A DNA stretch of 64,000 nucleotides from Octopus sinensis (taxonomy: Eukaryota). A program made the translations under genes and the position numbers. The stretch spans positions 26,102,001 to 26,166,000 of the forward strand of contig NC_043009.1 of assembly GCF_006345805.1 (NCBI RefSeq), in the 5' to 3' direction. Shown here one piece after another: positions 1 to 12,940 of the stretch. Below the pieces are notes generated by a model. That model saw only the letters and a list, made by a program, of their open reading frames with translations, ran no database searches and was not told where the DNA came from. Every line of letters begins with the position of its first letter. The first letter of the stretch is position 1.

Positions 1-26
1 AGTCTCGGTGGTAGTAGGATTAACTA

Positions 27-165
27 CGGCACTCCGTCGGTTACGACGACGATGGTACCAGTTGGTCGAATTGAGCACTCCACAAATACGTCTACCTTAA
101 TGTAGTTCTCGGGGAGATTCAGCGTGGCACACAGAATGTGACAAGGCTGGCCCTTTGAAATACAG
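27..165. repeat. Interspersed repeat fragment, unclassified; a diverged relative lies at about 54505-54670
   Basis: Both loci share CTCCGTCGnTnnACGACGACGAT...GAGnAnTCCACA...ACGTnTACCT..AATGTAnTT...GACAAG in the same order. Confidence 0.6.
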
Positions 166-362
166 GTAGAAGAGAAACAGAAAGACAGTGTGAGAGAAAG
201 TTGTGAAAGAGTACAGCAGGATTTGCCACCCCCCTACCGGAGCCTCGTGGAACTTTTAAGTGCTTTTGCTCAATAAACACTCACAACATCCGGTCTGGGA
301 ATCGAAACCGGGATTCTATGACCTCAAGTCTGCTGCCTTAACCATAGGCCATTGCGCCTCCA
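166..362 (-). mobile_element. tRNA-derived SINE, family B (TGGAGGCGCAATGGCC head)
   Basis: Reverse strand reads TGGAGGCGCAATGGCCTATGGTT (A box) ... GGTTTCGATTCCCAGACCGG (B box); body matches copies at 53322 and 58444. Confidence 0.85.
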
Positions 363-940
363 TAGTAGGATTATCATTCAGTAAATGAATATTGTTGTAG
401 TTATACAACTGCACTCCCTCTCTAAAACACATCCCTTCACAAACAGGTAATCCGCCGCTGCTGCCGCCGCCTTTGTTTTCCTTGTCCTTCTTTTTTCGAT
501 TTCTTTCTCTATTGTTTTTTGCTCCTTTTATTTGTATCGATGTCTGCTGGAATGTCTGCGCAAGTTATATTTTAAACTCTACAGAACTTGCGAAGTTCAA
601 ATTTTCACACTCTCTTTTTAGTATTGATTATTAAACATTGATTATTAAATAAAAACGTATTGCTGCTTATTTTTAATACTATTTATTATTTATTTTATAT
701 CGAATTTTGAGAACAATAACCTTGTTTGGTGACAGATTTCTATAAGGCAAATGACAATTTCATTGCATTTTAAGATGGAACAAACACTATGAGTTTAAAA
801 GATTATCAATTTAAAAGCCTTAGTTTATAGGTGTTTCTTTTATTTAAGCGGAAGCTTACATCTTTTGTTATTAAATTTTGACAGAAATTCTACGCATATA
901 TACGCACATCTATCAATTTAGAGTATCCTGGGTATAACTG

Positions 941-1165
941 TGGAGGCACATGTCTTAGTGGTTAGGATGTTAGATTTATGATTTTAAGATTGTTGATTCA
1001 ATCCCCAGACCGGATGATGCGTAGTGTTCTTGAGCAAAACACTTCATTTTACATTGTTCTGTTCCAATCTGCTGATAAAAATGAGTGATCCTGCAGCGGA
1101 CCGTCGTCCCATCTTGGCAAGGATATAATATACACCAGAGAAACCGGAAAACCAACCCTATGCTC
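941..1165 (+). mobile_element. tRNA-derived SINE, family C (TTGAGCAAAACACTTCA core), decayed
   Basis: TGGAGGCACATGTCTTAGTGGTTAGG head, TTGATTCAATCCCCAGACCGG B-box region, CTTGAGCAAAACACTTCATTT core shared with 10940 and 23950. Confidence 0.75.
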
Positions 1166-1952
1166 TTTACAGAGTGATGTGGAATAACCCAGGTGTAATT
1201 GTAGACTGCATCCGGTTGTGGGACTTTAATTTGGGAGTGTCAGGGTTTTAAGGGGAGGGGTACAACCATCTCTTTGATAAGCACTACTTTTCCCAGGTCA
1301 ATATATGACAGCTGGAAGGAGGAGGAGGCTGTACCCATACATGACCAGAGCAACGTGAAATGAAGCTCCTTGCTCAAAGACATATCGTACCATTGCTCCA
1401 TGATTTGAATCCACGACCTGTTGATCGGGTCTACAACACCTTAACAACTGGCCATATCCCTTAATTGTCACAAACACAGATACACAGACACGCACACGCA
1501 CGCACGACACACACACACACACATGTATGTATGTATGCGTGTATGTTTGAGAATACCGATGTAAAATGGCGTCCTTTTATAAAGGATGTTGACCAGGAGC
1601 CGACAAAAAAACAGACGACAATACACGTACCGCACTGAAATACTAGGAATCAATATGATCAATGGGACCCTAAAGAAAAGTGACCCCAGCATGGAGTAGA
1701 CACCCCAACATCCATTAACTGAATCCAATGCATAAAACAAGAAACTACATATATCGTAGAAAATACTATCGAATACATTATAAGCAAAACAGTAGCGCCA
1801 TCTAAGTTTTACTACGTACATGTGATGCGGATTATATTCGTAGTGTAGTAATTAAATGTCTTATGTCTTATGCTGTCTTATGTTAAAGAATAACATTTTG
1901 AAAATAAGAAAAACGTATCGCAAAAGAGAAATTTTAAAAATCGTTTTACAGA

Positions 1953-1954
1953 TG

Positions 1955-2018
<64 letters not shown>

Positions 2019-2030
2019 CATTATTATTAT
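1953..2030. repeat. (ATT)n microsatellite
   Basis: Direct inspection. Confidence 0.95.
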
Positions 2031-2555
2031 TGAGTGAGAGAGCCAGGCATGCCATCAAAGTGACACTGGGTACAAATATACGAAGCCCAATATAGCCATC
2101 ATGACTGTCCATCTGATAAGGGTACACCAGCTACATGCACCACAACTATATGTGCGCAACATGGTGTTCTCGTATCAAGATAAACAGCTCATGAACTTGC
2201 AGGTGGGGCCCAGTTAGAATTTTCTTCAGGTCGAGTAGCCCATCTTGCTCAAAAGGTCTCTGAATAAGGGTTGTTTAAGGATGTTGAACGAAACACCCAT
2301 GTTTCCAGGTGTGGATTATCCAAACCCCAAAGAATTTCTCTTAAAATATGGCTGTGATGCTCCCCTACTACTTCTGCTCGTGATCAGAGATGAACATATT
2401 GTCAGCCACTAAGAGACATGCTCAACTGGTTATGGTGAAACAACTGACGAGCAAATCTGTTGTATTGAACAGAATATTTGCTGTAGTCCGTCTTTTATAC
2501 GAAGACAAAACAATGTACACGATAACACTTCCAATCAGTTAAGATAAGAAGCCAT
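2030..2555. mobile_element. Complex-sequence interspersed repeat, probably a non-LTR retroelement fragment; unclassified
   Basis: Higher-GC block bounded by (ATT)n and (TTG)n; resembles an abundant octopus repeat I recall, no domain recognisable, not verified. Confidence 0.35.
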
Positions 2556-2979
2556 TATTTTGTTGTTGTTGTTGTTGCTATTGTTATAATCGTCATCAAT
2601 ATCGTCATGTAACATAAGAAACACAATGAAATCAGTGAGGATTCAATATCTCTGACAAAGAGCTTATCACGGTAAAAGCTAATTATGCTTGTGACTGACT
2701 TACACAGAGAGGTGGGGGAGAGAGATTGGAGAGACATAAGGATGGTGGGAGGAAAAGAGATGGAAATAAGTTAAATAAGCAAAAGGGAAGAAAATGAAAG
2801 AGGATGAAGTACAATACAATATGATTGTTATTTAAAGAACTTGATTGCAGAAGAAACTCGATGAGATGTAGCGGTTTAACGATATTTCGGGGAAAGAACG
2901 ACTGCACAGACAGACACATAGATAGATTCATACATATATGAATACATACATACATTCACACACATACACATATATGCAA

Positions 2980-3041
<62 letters not shown>

Positions 3042-3053
3042 GTATATGTATAT

Positions 3054-3108
<55 letters not shown>

Positions 3109-3477
3109 CATCCAATATTCTTTAAATAGTCAGAACTTTATTCTCGGTCACAAAGAACATCTATACACCCTCACCCACATGATTGACCGATGCCTGACCC
3201 GTTGAATTCTTCAGCCACCGGTTCTCAACATACACTGATAAACAGTTTCGCCATGGGCTCTTAGGAGCACAGTTCGATTTGTTTTTTGCTCCGCCTCTGT
3301 TCTGTTTTTGTTTTTCCAACGGATTTCCTTTTTTCTTCCTGAAGAGAAAGACACAATATGGTCCCATTATTCAATCGGATTTTGGTAATTTGTGCCTTTC
3401 GAAACACGTGTAGAATGAAATAAAACGATTTCTGTTCAATCTGCGTTCAGCTCCATTTCTTCAATTCACCAATAATG

Positions 3478-3511
<34 letters not shown>

Positions 3512-3799
3512 TTACTTCATATATACATACGCATACGTAGGCATGTACATGCATATAAACACAAATACATTCATACAAACACATACGCATATACATACAT
3601 GCATTTATACATACACTGAGATGCACACACGTCCATGCACAAACATACGTACACGTACATACATTAAACATACATACATACATTTTTACAAACAAACGTA
3701 TGTACACACACACTTACACACACACACATATTTATATATAAATGCACAAATAGACATATGTACATTCATGCATTCATATATATATGTATATATATATAT

Positions 3800-3842
<43 letters not shown>

Positions 3843-3850
3843 ATATATAT

Positions 3851-4170
3851 ATACATACAGACAGACATACATACATTCATGCATATATACACATACACAC
3901 ACGTTCATATATTCATACATAATGTATACATACGCATATTCATACGTCCATAACTCATTCATACACATATATACACATGCACGCATACATGCACACACAA
4001 ACATATATATATACATACAGACAGACATACATACATTCATGCATATATACACATACACACACGTTCATATATTCATACATAATGTATACATACGCATATT
4101 CATACGTCCATAACTCATTCATACACATATATACACATGCACGCATACATGCACACACAAACATATAATA
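3851..4170 (+). repeat. Tandem duplication, 160-bp unit, 2 copies
   Basis: ATACATACAGACAGACATAC... starts at 3851 and 4011 and the units are essentially identical. Confidence 0.9.
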
Positions 4171-4943
4171 TATACATACATGCACGCATACACATACACA
4201 CACATACAAACACATACATTCGTCCCCAATGAGTTTTACAATTATGGATTAGCAAAAAAAGGCAGGTGTTTTATATATTCATATATGTACATATTTCAGA
4301 AGTAATAGGAGATATATTCAGATGGAAAAAAACAATAAAAAGTAAAAATACAATATCAAAAAGTAAAAAATGAAATACAACAGACCATAGCATCTTCATT
4401 GGAAGCTAAGGACCTCCATGTTCAGTACGAGGTTTGATTTTCTTCAATTTTATTTTAATTATTCTTTGTGGAACTAAAACCGTTCATTAACAACGTGGTG
4501 ATGATTTTTTGATTGCGTCATCATTGATCTAGGGATTGGCGGATATGAGAGCGCGAGTTAATGTCTGCATATAATGTAAGTATATGTGTGTAGATATGTA
4601 GGTATGTGTGTGTATGTGTGAATATACTTATAGTCATATAATGGCTACATGTCTATTTGTACGGACGTATATATGTACATACGTATACGTGTGTGTATGC
4701 ATGCATGTATGTATGTATTTGTCTGTTTGTCTGTATGTATGTAAATAAAAATTAAATCTATAAACTGCTGAAAATGGCACATTACTTTGGATATGCATTC
4801 TCAGTAAATTAAATGATAGTAAGGCCTAACGAAAAACTTATTTAACCAATTACCCGAGGAGGCGCAATTTACAACTTAGATATATGATAATGATTACAAA
4901 ACATCTCACTGATGCACTATAGGTGTAAAAATGTATCGATATA

Positions 4944-5020
4944 CAGTAAGCCCCCGACTATCGCGGGTGTTACGTTCCAAAACCGCGATAGGGGAAAATC
5001 CGTGAAGTAGAAACAGTACT
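4944..5020 (+). mobile_element. Solo terminus of a pogo/Tigger-like DNA transposon
   Basis: TA|CAGTAAGCCCCCGACTATCGCGG...CCGCGATAG: CAGT terminus after TA with a subterminal hairpin. Confidence 0.5.
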
Positions 5021-5099
5021 GTACTATATATTTCGTTTTATTATTTGTATGTATTTATTTCCTCATAAATGCAAAACAACACAGAGGAATCGACGTAAG

Positions 5100-5330
5100 C
5101 TTTAATAATCCTTTCTACTATAGGCACAAGGTCTGAAATTTAGGGGTAGAGGGCCAGTTGATTACATCAACGCCAATGTTTCACTAGTACTTAATTTATC
5201 GACCCTGAAATTTGAACTGAGAACGTAGCGACGGACGAAATACCGATAGGCATTTTACCCGGCGTGCTAACGATTCTTTTCTACGATAGGCACAAGGCCT
5301 GAAATTTTGGGGGAGGGGGCCAGTCGATTA
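5100..5330 (-). mobile_element. SINE family A, two partial copies
   Basis: Reverse complement matches the AGAATCGTTAGCACGCCGGG / GTTCAAATT / GGCCTTGTGCCTA consensus seen at 24549-26030. Confidence 0.75.
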
Positions 5331-5470
5331 GGAGTGGCTGTATGATAAGTAGCTTGCTTCTCAACCACATGGTTCCGTGTTCATTACCACTGCGTGGCAC
5401 CTTGGGCAACTGTCTTCTAATGCAGCCCCTCGGACCGACCAAAGCCTTGTGAGTGGATTTGGTAGACGGC
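5331..5470 (+). mobile_element. tRNA-derived SINE family D head (GGAGTGGCTGT..TAAGTAGCTTGCT)
   Basis: Same head and body as 33578-33729 and 42585-42745. Confidence 0.8.
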
Positions 5471-5568
5471 ATGCAAATTAGGGATTCCTTCATAGAGTAA
5501 CTGCTTCAAGTGTTGAATATATAAACAGTTTGACTGCTTATTTCTTTGGAGACTGTCAGAATGATGTA

Positions 5569-5618
5569 GATGCCCCTGATGAGAGCGCAATAAGGTTCGA
5601 AAATCGATTAAGGGTATT
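5569..5618 (+). ncRNA. Minimal type-I hammerhead ribozyme motif, near-consensus
   Basis: GATGCCC-CTGATGA-GAGC(GCAATAAG)GTTC-GAAA-AT(CG)AT-TA-a-GGGTATT; one extra A before the helix I 3' strand. Confidence 0.55.
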
Positions 5619-5681
5619 CATAATCTTTTTAGTCTGCGGAGAAATAGCTAAAAGTTGCTCTGTTTATAATTATACCATATG

Positions 5682-5752
<71 letters not shown>

Positions 5753-5904
5753 GCAGCTGTTGTAGAAAAACTTGACCAATGTACGCCGCAGTGTATGTAA
5801 ATGCATGCAAAACGATTCTCTGTTTTTCGCTCAAGTATATAATTATATATCTTAGGTCATGATCAAAAGAAGGAACGATGACATTATGGAAGGAACAAGT
5901 TCTG

Positions 5905-6103
5905 AATAATACTTTGTTGAATTAACGCTTCACTACGCACATTTTTTTTCTCTCCTTGTTTCTTTCTGTGTTCCTTTCTGTGGAAGAGCGTAGGCTCGAA
6001 ACGTTATAGACTTTTTCAATTCCCGAGCGTTATACAAATACATTACATCTGTTTGTTTTCTACACCACACGTCTACGTCTTTTGTTTTTTTCATGAATCT
6101 CTC

Positions 6104-6105
<2 letters not shown>
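5905..6105 (+). mobile_element. Penelope-like terminal repeat fragment with HHR-like motif at 5974-6009
   Basis: Homologous to 15590-15750; CTTT-CTGTGGA-A-GAGC(GTAG)GCTC-GAAA-CG-TT-ATAG. Confidence 0.6.
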
Positions 6106-6162
<57 letters not shown>

Positions 6163-6876
6163 ATATATTCATATTGATAGATAGATAGATTTGTGACGTA
6201 TATTTTTAATTATTCTTTCCCTGGATTTCTAAATCACGTTGTGCACTGACAAAAATATCTATTTTCCATGACGCAGCTGTTACGGCATATTTCCAACAAC
6301 TCCTCTATCCATCCATACGTTCATACATTCATATTTCTATGCATCCATACTTCTCCAATTCTTATACTTTATTTTGTGCACTGCACTCATTTTCCCAAAC
6401 ATGTCTTCCCTTCTCATTCAATCTTCAAAGGAAATTCAAGTCATGACAAAATAACGATCTCCTTCTCCCGCCACCACTCTCTCTAACTATATATTTGTGT
6501 GTATGTGTGTGTATGTATGTATGTATGTATGTATGTATGTATGTATGTGCAGATACGTGTAAGCGTAATTCAACGCACATTAAAATCGCACAAACACAAG
6601 CCTATAAATGCAAACTCAAGTTCTGTATATTTATATCAATACATTCCTAATAAGGGGATTTTCCGGTTATATATATATATGTGCGTGAGCGTGTTTATAT
6701 GCGGGTGTGTGTGTGTGTGTGTGTGTGTCTGAGTGTGTGTACACACTTCATAGTTTAAAATGTTTACGAATCCGGCCGCAAGGAAGAATCGCACATGAAA
6801 AGATTCCTAATACTATTATAATTGGGAGATTAATATACATACATGTATATACAGAAACATGTATGTATATACATAC

Positions 6877-6925
<49 letters not shown>

Positions 6926-7036
6926 TATACATGTAAATATATATATATATAATATAATATATATATATATTATATATATATAATGTATATTATATATAAT
7001 ATATATATTATATATATATATAATGTATATATAATA

Positions 7037-7076
<40 letters not shown>

Positions 7077-7176
7077 GTATGTATTCGTATATATATACGT
7101 ACATACATTCATACATACATACATATATATATATATATAGAGAGAAAAATAAAGATGTACATATACGTACACAAGG

Positions 7177-7235
<59 letters not shown>

Positions 7236-7547
7236 CACGCACACATATATTTATATATATTTATAATGTGTGTGTATATATGTGTGTGCGTGCGTGTCAG
7301 CGAGTATGTTTCTAACATCGATTCGATCGATGCGAGAGAGGAATAAAACCCACAAAAAATGCTTATATATTCTACTCGTGTCCTCGTACACGACAATATT
7401 TTTCTACCCGTAAGCAATACTATCGAACAGGGAGTTTGCGATCAGAAGTAAGTAGTTAAATAGAAAGAAAGATCGACCGATAATTGTAGTTAGGCAGATT
7501 GAAGAGTAGAAGGAAAGAATACAGGCCTAAAACATCTCTCTCCCTCT

Positions 7548-7664
<117 letters not shown>

Positions 7665-7744
7665 CATGTTTGTATATATATGTATGTAATATATATGTAT
7701 ATCATATATCTGTATATATATATATATGCATGCATGAAATATAT

Positions 7745-7820
<76 letters not shown>

Positions 7821-8343
7821 TGCATATATACATATATATATCTATATATATGTATACATGTGTGTGTGTGTGTGTCTACAATGCACAATTTTCCCTGCTG
7901 CATTTATTAAGAATCATATTTCCACGTTTATCAAGAATTTCATTATTGTAACCGATATAGATAAAAATGAAATAGAAAAAAGAAAAAAAAATCAATGGAC
8001 GGATATTATTCGACGATGTTTACAAAGACAACTGAAACATTCTCTACCAGCTTGCCGTGCATATCCGCCAATACGCGCACAACAAACCACAACACTAAAG
8101 ACAAGAAATCGAAAACTTGTAGGGGGGTGTGCGTATGCGTTTGATCAACAAGCATATTCTGAATGAAATATGCACACTGATAAAAACCGAAATGCTTTAA
8201 ACAGCAATACTTGGCTTGTTTTCTTTTTCTCTTTCATATCGGTAACCTCAGTACGAACGTTTATCGGTATATTTGCATACATTCATATATACATACAGAC
8301 GCGCACGCACGTACTCATGCATTCACGCACACACCCCCATACA

Positions 8344-8393
<50 letters not shown>

Positions 8394-8504
8394 TATATGA
8401 ATAGATATATATCCATATGTATGTGTGTATATATATGTATATATATATATATGTATTTATGCATATATGTATATATATATAGATATATAATATATATATA
8501 TAGT

Positions 8505-8623
8505 GTGTGTGGTGTGTATGTATGTATTTATTTATCTATTTCTATCTACATATTTGGCTGTTCTTTCTGTCTGTGTATATTCATTCAAATATTTATATAT
8601 GCATACATGCCATACATACATGC

Positions 8624-8669
<46 letters not shown>

Positions 8670-8693
8670 ATATATATATATATATATATATAT

Positions 8694-8767
<74 letters not shown>

Positions 8768-8880
8768 ATGGCATGTATGAATATATATTATTTGAATGAA
8801 TATACACAGACAGAAGAAACAGCTAAATATGTAGATAGAAATAGATAAATAAATACATACACACACGCACACACACACAC
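8505..8880. repeat. Fold-back inverted duplication, about 110-bp arms, centred on (CA)n(TA)n(TG)n
   Basis: 8517-8630 is the reverse complement of 8745-8862 with a few mismatches. Confidence 0.85.
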
Positions 8881-9673
8881 ATATATATATATATGCATAT
8901 ACAAAAATGGGTGAATGAGTGGACAAAGGAATGTGACACTCATTTTAGATATATTTTTAATTACAGTTTGACAATTATAAGTGTTAAATTACCTTTATAT
9001 TGAGACGGTACATTTACATATTTCTATTAACAATGAAACACAATTCTTTACAGCTGTTTCAAGTAATACAAATAGGCATATGTTACAACATAAATCATTG
9101 CATATTGTAGAGCGAATTTGCCAACAAGAAAAGTAAAATAATTTTATTACACCATTAATATAGATTTACTCCTGAAATTAATAATCTGAAATATGTCTAC
9201 GTTGTAACATATTCAAACCATTTAACCATTCTGAAAGTTCAAAAATACATTTTGTAGCTGATTTTCAGTGATAACCTAAATCATTTTAGTTATCCTGCCC
9301 AGCAAGCTATCTGTAGAGAATGGTTTTAATTTGATAAACAGTAGTCTTTAGATGTCCGAATAGAATGTAGTTGAAGTAATTAAAATGATATTGAAAAATA
9401 AATGAGCAATTATAATAAATTTCTGTAATTGTCGGCGATAGATTAGATGCATCAAACTTTCAAATGCTTTTCCTGCATGGAATTCTGTATCATATATAAA
9501 ACCGGAGTAATAAAACTTTTAATTCTAATACATGTGTGCCTGCATACATGCGTATGTGTGTGGTGCGTGGGCATGCTTGTCTGAATGCATGTAAGACTAT
9601 GTATGTATGTATGTGCGTATATATATATATATATATATGAGTGTGTGTGTGTGTGTATATATATATGTGTGTG

Positions 9674-9717
<44 letters not shown>

Positions 9718-9763
9718 CGTGTGGGTTTAGGTGTATTTATATGCATATATGTGTGTATGTATG

Positions 9764-9798
<35 letters not shown>

Positions 9799-9849
9799 TA
9801 TAAGTGTTTATATATGTATGTATATTATTATTATTGTTGTTGTGGTTGT

Positions 9850-9921
<72 letters not shown>

Positions 9922-10370
9922 AGTCTACCGTCACAGTTAGAGCTAGATAACATACTGAAATTTATATCTGTAGATAATTACGTAATGCCTACGTTTCTTA
10001 CGGGTTTCAGTTCTTTCACTTATGACTTCCTACGGAAACTGTCGAAACACACACACACACATACATATATATAGCTAATTATGAAATCTCTAAACTAGAT
10101 ATAAGTAATAACAATGCTAGAGGGTAAAATTTTCTTGCCATTATAAAATAACTGTTCTATAAAGAATTATGTTACTATATTTTAACCACAGGAAAACGTT
10201 TTTTCCAGCTGGTTAACGACACACAATCTGTGTCCGATATCTTGCGTGTAAGGGACCGAATCAATCCTATCCACCCACCCACCCAGTTTGGCAAGACCAG
10301 TAGAACATGGTTTTTGGGTTTTTCTCCTTCATCGGCACTGATACACACACACACACACACACACACACAT

Positions 10371-10455
<85 letters not shown>

Positions 10456-10619
10456 ATTATATATATATATATATTTATATTATATATTATTGTGTGTGTG
10501 TCTGTGTTTGTTCCCCCACCACCGCTTGATAACCGATACCGGTGTGTTTACATCCCAGTAATATAGCGGTTCGGCATAAAAGACCGACAGAATAGGTACT
10601 AGGCTTACAAGGAATAAGG

Positions 10620-10925
10620 CCTTTTTTTGTTCCTTCGCGAGCCATGCCTGGCTCATAAGGGCTGGTTTCCCGGTTTCCTTGGCATATAGGTTCCCCACCC
10701 TGACGGGACGCCGGTCCGTCGCAGGTGAGCTGCAAGATGCAGGAGGAAAGAGTGAGAGAAAGTTGTGGCGAAAGAGTCAGCAGAAGTTCGCCATTACCTT
10801 CTGCCGGAGCCGCGTGGAGCTTAGGTGTTTCGCTAATAAATACATACATCGCCCGGTCTGAGATTCGAACCTGCGATCCCTCGACCGCGAGTCCGCTGGT
10901 CTAACCACTAGGCCATGTGTTTCCA
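10620..10925 (-). mobile_element. SINE family B
   Basis: Reverse strand GGAAACACATGGCCTAGTGGTTAGACCAGCGGACTCGCGGTCGAGGGATCGCAGGTTCGAATC has A and B boxes. Confidence 0.85.
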
Positions 10926-10939
10926 CTCAAATAATAAAT

Positions 10940-11187
10940 GCGCCCTTTTAAAGCCTAGCCAGGCTCATGGGCCCGGTTTCCCGCTTTCTATGGCGTATGT
11001 GTTCCCCAGGTGGACAAGACGCCAGTCCATCGCAGCGTTCCTCATTTTTGTCAGCTGAGTGGACTGGAGCAACGTGAAATCAAGTGTTTTGCTCAAGAAC
11101 ACAACGCGTCGACCGGTCCAGGAATCGTAACCACAACCTTACGATCATGATACTGACACCCTAACCACTATGCCACGAGCCTCCGCA
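10940..11187 (-). mobile_element. SINE family C
   Basis: Near-identical to 23950-24200; tRNA-like head at the right end, TTGAGCAAAACACTT core. Confidence 0.85.
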
Positions 11188-11445
11188 AAGAATAAGGCTT
11201 GGATCGATTTGTTCGATTAAATGCGGTGCTCCAGCATGGCCGCAATCAAATGACTGAAACAAAAGAATAAAAGAGAAAAAGTATATAAATGTATATAGAT
11301 ATGTATACGTGTCTGTGTGCGTACATATATGTATCTATATATGTATATATATGCATATATATATGTGTATATTTTTATAGATATACCCTCACATATATAT
11401 ATATATATACACACACACATATACATACATACATACATACATACA

Positions 11446-11518
<73 letters not shown>

Positions 11519-11849
11519 TTATATATATATATATACATGCATACATACATAGAGAGAAAGAGTAAGGGAGCTACATATATGATTTATCATCAAACATGAA
11601 ACATCCACTATAACAGCAGAAGTTATCTGCCTTTTCGATTTACTTTCAAATCTTCTCTGGCGTCGTCACGTGGTGTATTCCTCGTGTAATACGCCGTTCA
11701 ATGACGACATACTATTTTCATTTCTTTTTAATTCATGGATCTTCATTGTAATACTCACTTGCTGCTATAATCATCTTTGTTTGTCTTCCACCTCGTCACT
11801 TGATGTGCAAATGGGAATGAGGTGTTCAAATTGACTATATCCAAGATGG

Positions 11850-11886
<37 letters not shown>

Positions 11887-11976
11887 GAGTAAACACATAA
11901 ATGTGAAACAAGGTGGAAAAAAGAGTACTCAATACCAGTGGTAGAGTAATATGCTTTATTTAAAGCAGCAGAAAAT

Positions 11977-12032
11977 TCAACAAAATCTGTTACTCTGAGT
12001 TTCTCGTTGCCGTTCATCAGACAGACATTTTT
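11977..12032 (-). ncRNA. Second hammerhead ribozyme, opposite-strand copy
   Basis: Same core, helix II and helix III; helix I TCTGT/ACAGA extended by AAAA/TTTT. Confidence 0.75.
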
Positions 12033-12033
12033 C

Positions 12034-12089
12034 TAGCAAAACTGTCTGATGAACGGCAACGAGAAACTCAGAGTAACAGATTTTGTTGA
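12034..12089 (+). ncRNA. Minimal type-I hammerhead ribozyme; predicted cleavage after GUA (A12075)
   Basis: Helix I CAAAACTGT/ACAG(A)TTTTG; CTGATGA 12046-12052; helix II CG-GCAA-CG; GAAA 12063-12066; helix III ACTC-A-GAGT. Confidence 0.8.
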
Positions 12090-12111
12090 ATTTTCTACTG
12101 CTTTAAATAAA

Positions 12112-12160
<49 letters not shown>

Positions 12161-12644
12161 ATATATATTTGTGTGAGTTAGAGGTTGAGAAACCAACTAA
12201 GGGACAGTACCTATCCAATATCTTGCTGGTAGTGTGCCCAATTATTAATACCCAAGTGCTGGTTATTGCGTGGCAATTTCCCTAATGAGCCTAATAAATG
12301 GCCGAGGGTAAAAAGTAATTTACCCATAATTTATACGGCAAGAAGAAAATGGAGTGAGATACAGAAATAGCATACATCAACTGTTAGACATTATATTATG
12401 TCTATTTAATTATTGTAAAACATTTATGAGAATATACACATAAGTAAAGACTGTGTATTGCATACATACGTACCAGTAATTTCTTTTTCTAGTCTATGAA
12501 TAATTGGTATTTATGTAATACGCAGTCTTTACATATGTATTTATTCTCATAAATGTCTTAGAATAAATAAATAGACAATATGATGTCTAACAGTTGATGT
12601 ATACTATTTGTGTATCCCCTTCATTTTGTTCTTGCCGTATATAA

Positions 12645-12737
<93 letters not shown>

Positions 12738-12796
12738 ATATCTATCTATCTATCTATCTATTTATTTCTCTGTCACTCTATCTATCTATCTATCTA

Positions 12797-12871
<75 letters not shown>

Positions 12872-12940
12872 GGCAAGAAGAAAATGGAGGAGATACACAA
12901 ACAGTATACATCAACTGTTAGACATCATATTATGTCTATT

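Larger units (their letters stand above)
11885..12112. mobile_element. Penelope-like terminus with a 71-bp inverted repeat (11954-12024 / 12042-12112)
   Basis: Arms differ at one position, 17-nt spacer, each arm encodes a hammerhead; flanked by (TA)n. Confidence 0.8.

Noticed and set aside
1468-1821. 117-aa hydrophobic minus-strand ORF
   Set aside because: No recognisable family motif and it ends in a microsatellite.
3234-3338. Possible minus-strand exon (105 bp, CTTTCTCTTCAG acceptor, GTATGT donor)
   Set aside because: Two frames are open, no homology is recognised and there is no linked partner exon; chance is plausible.
10194-10249. Possible plus-strand micro-exon KRFFQLVNDTQSVSDILR
   Set aside because: Too short and the splice sites are weak.
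11759-11849. Possible minus-strand exon ILDIVNLNTSFPFAHQVTRWKTNKDDYSS with a GTGAGT donor
   Set aside because: The acceptor is only the end of a (TA)n tract and no homology is recognised.
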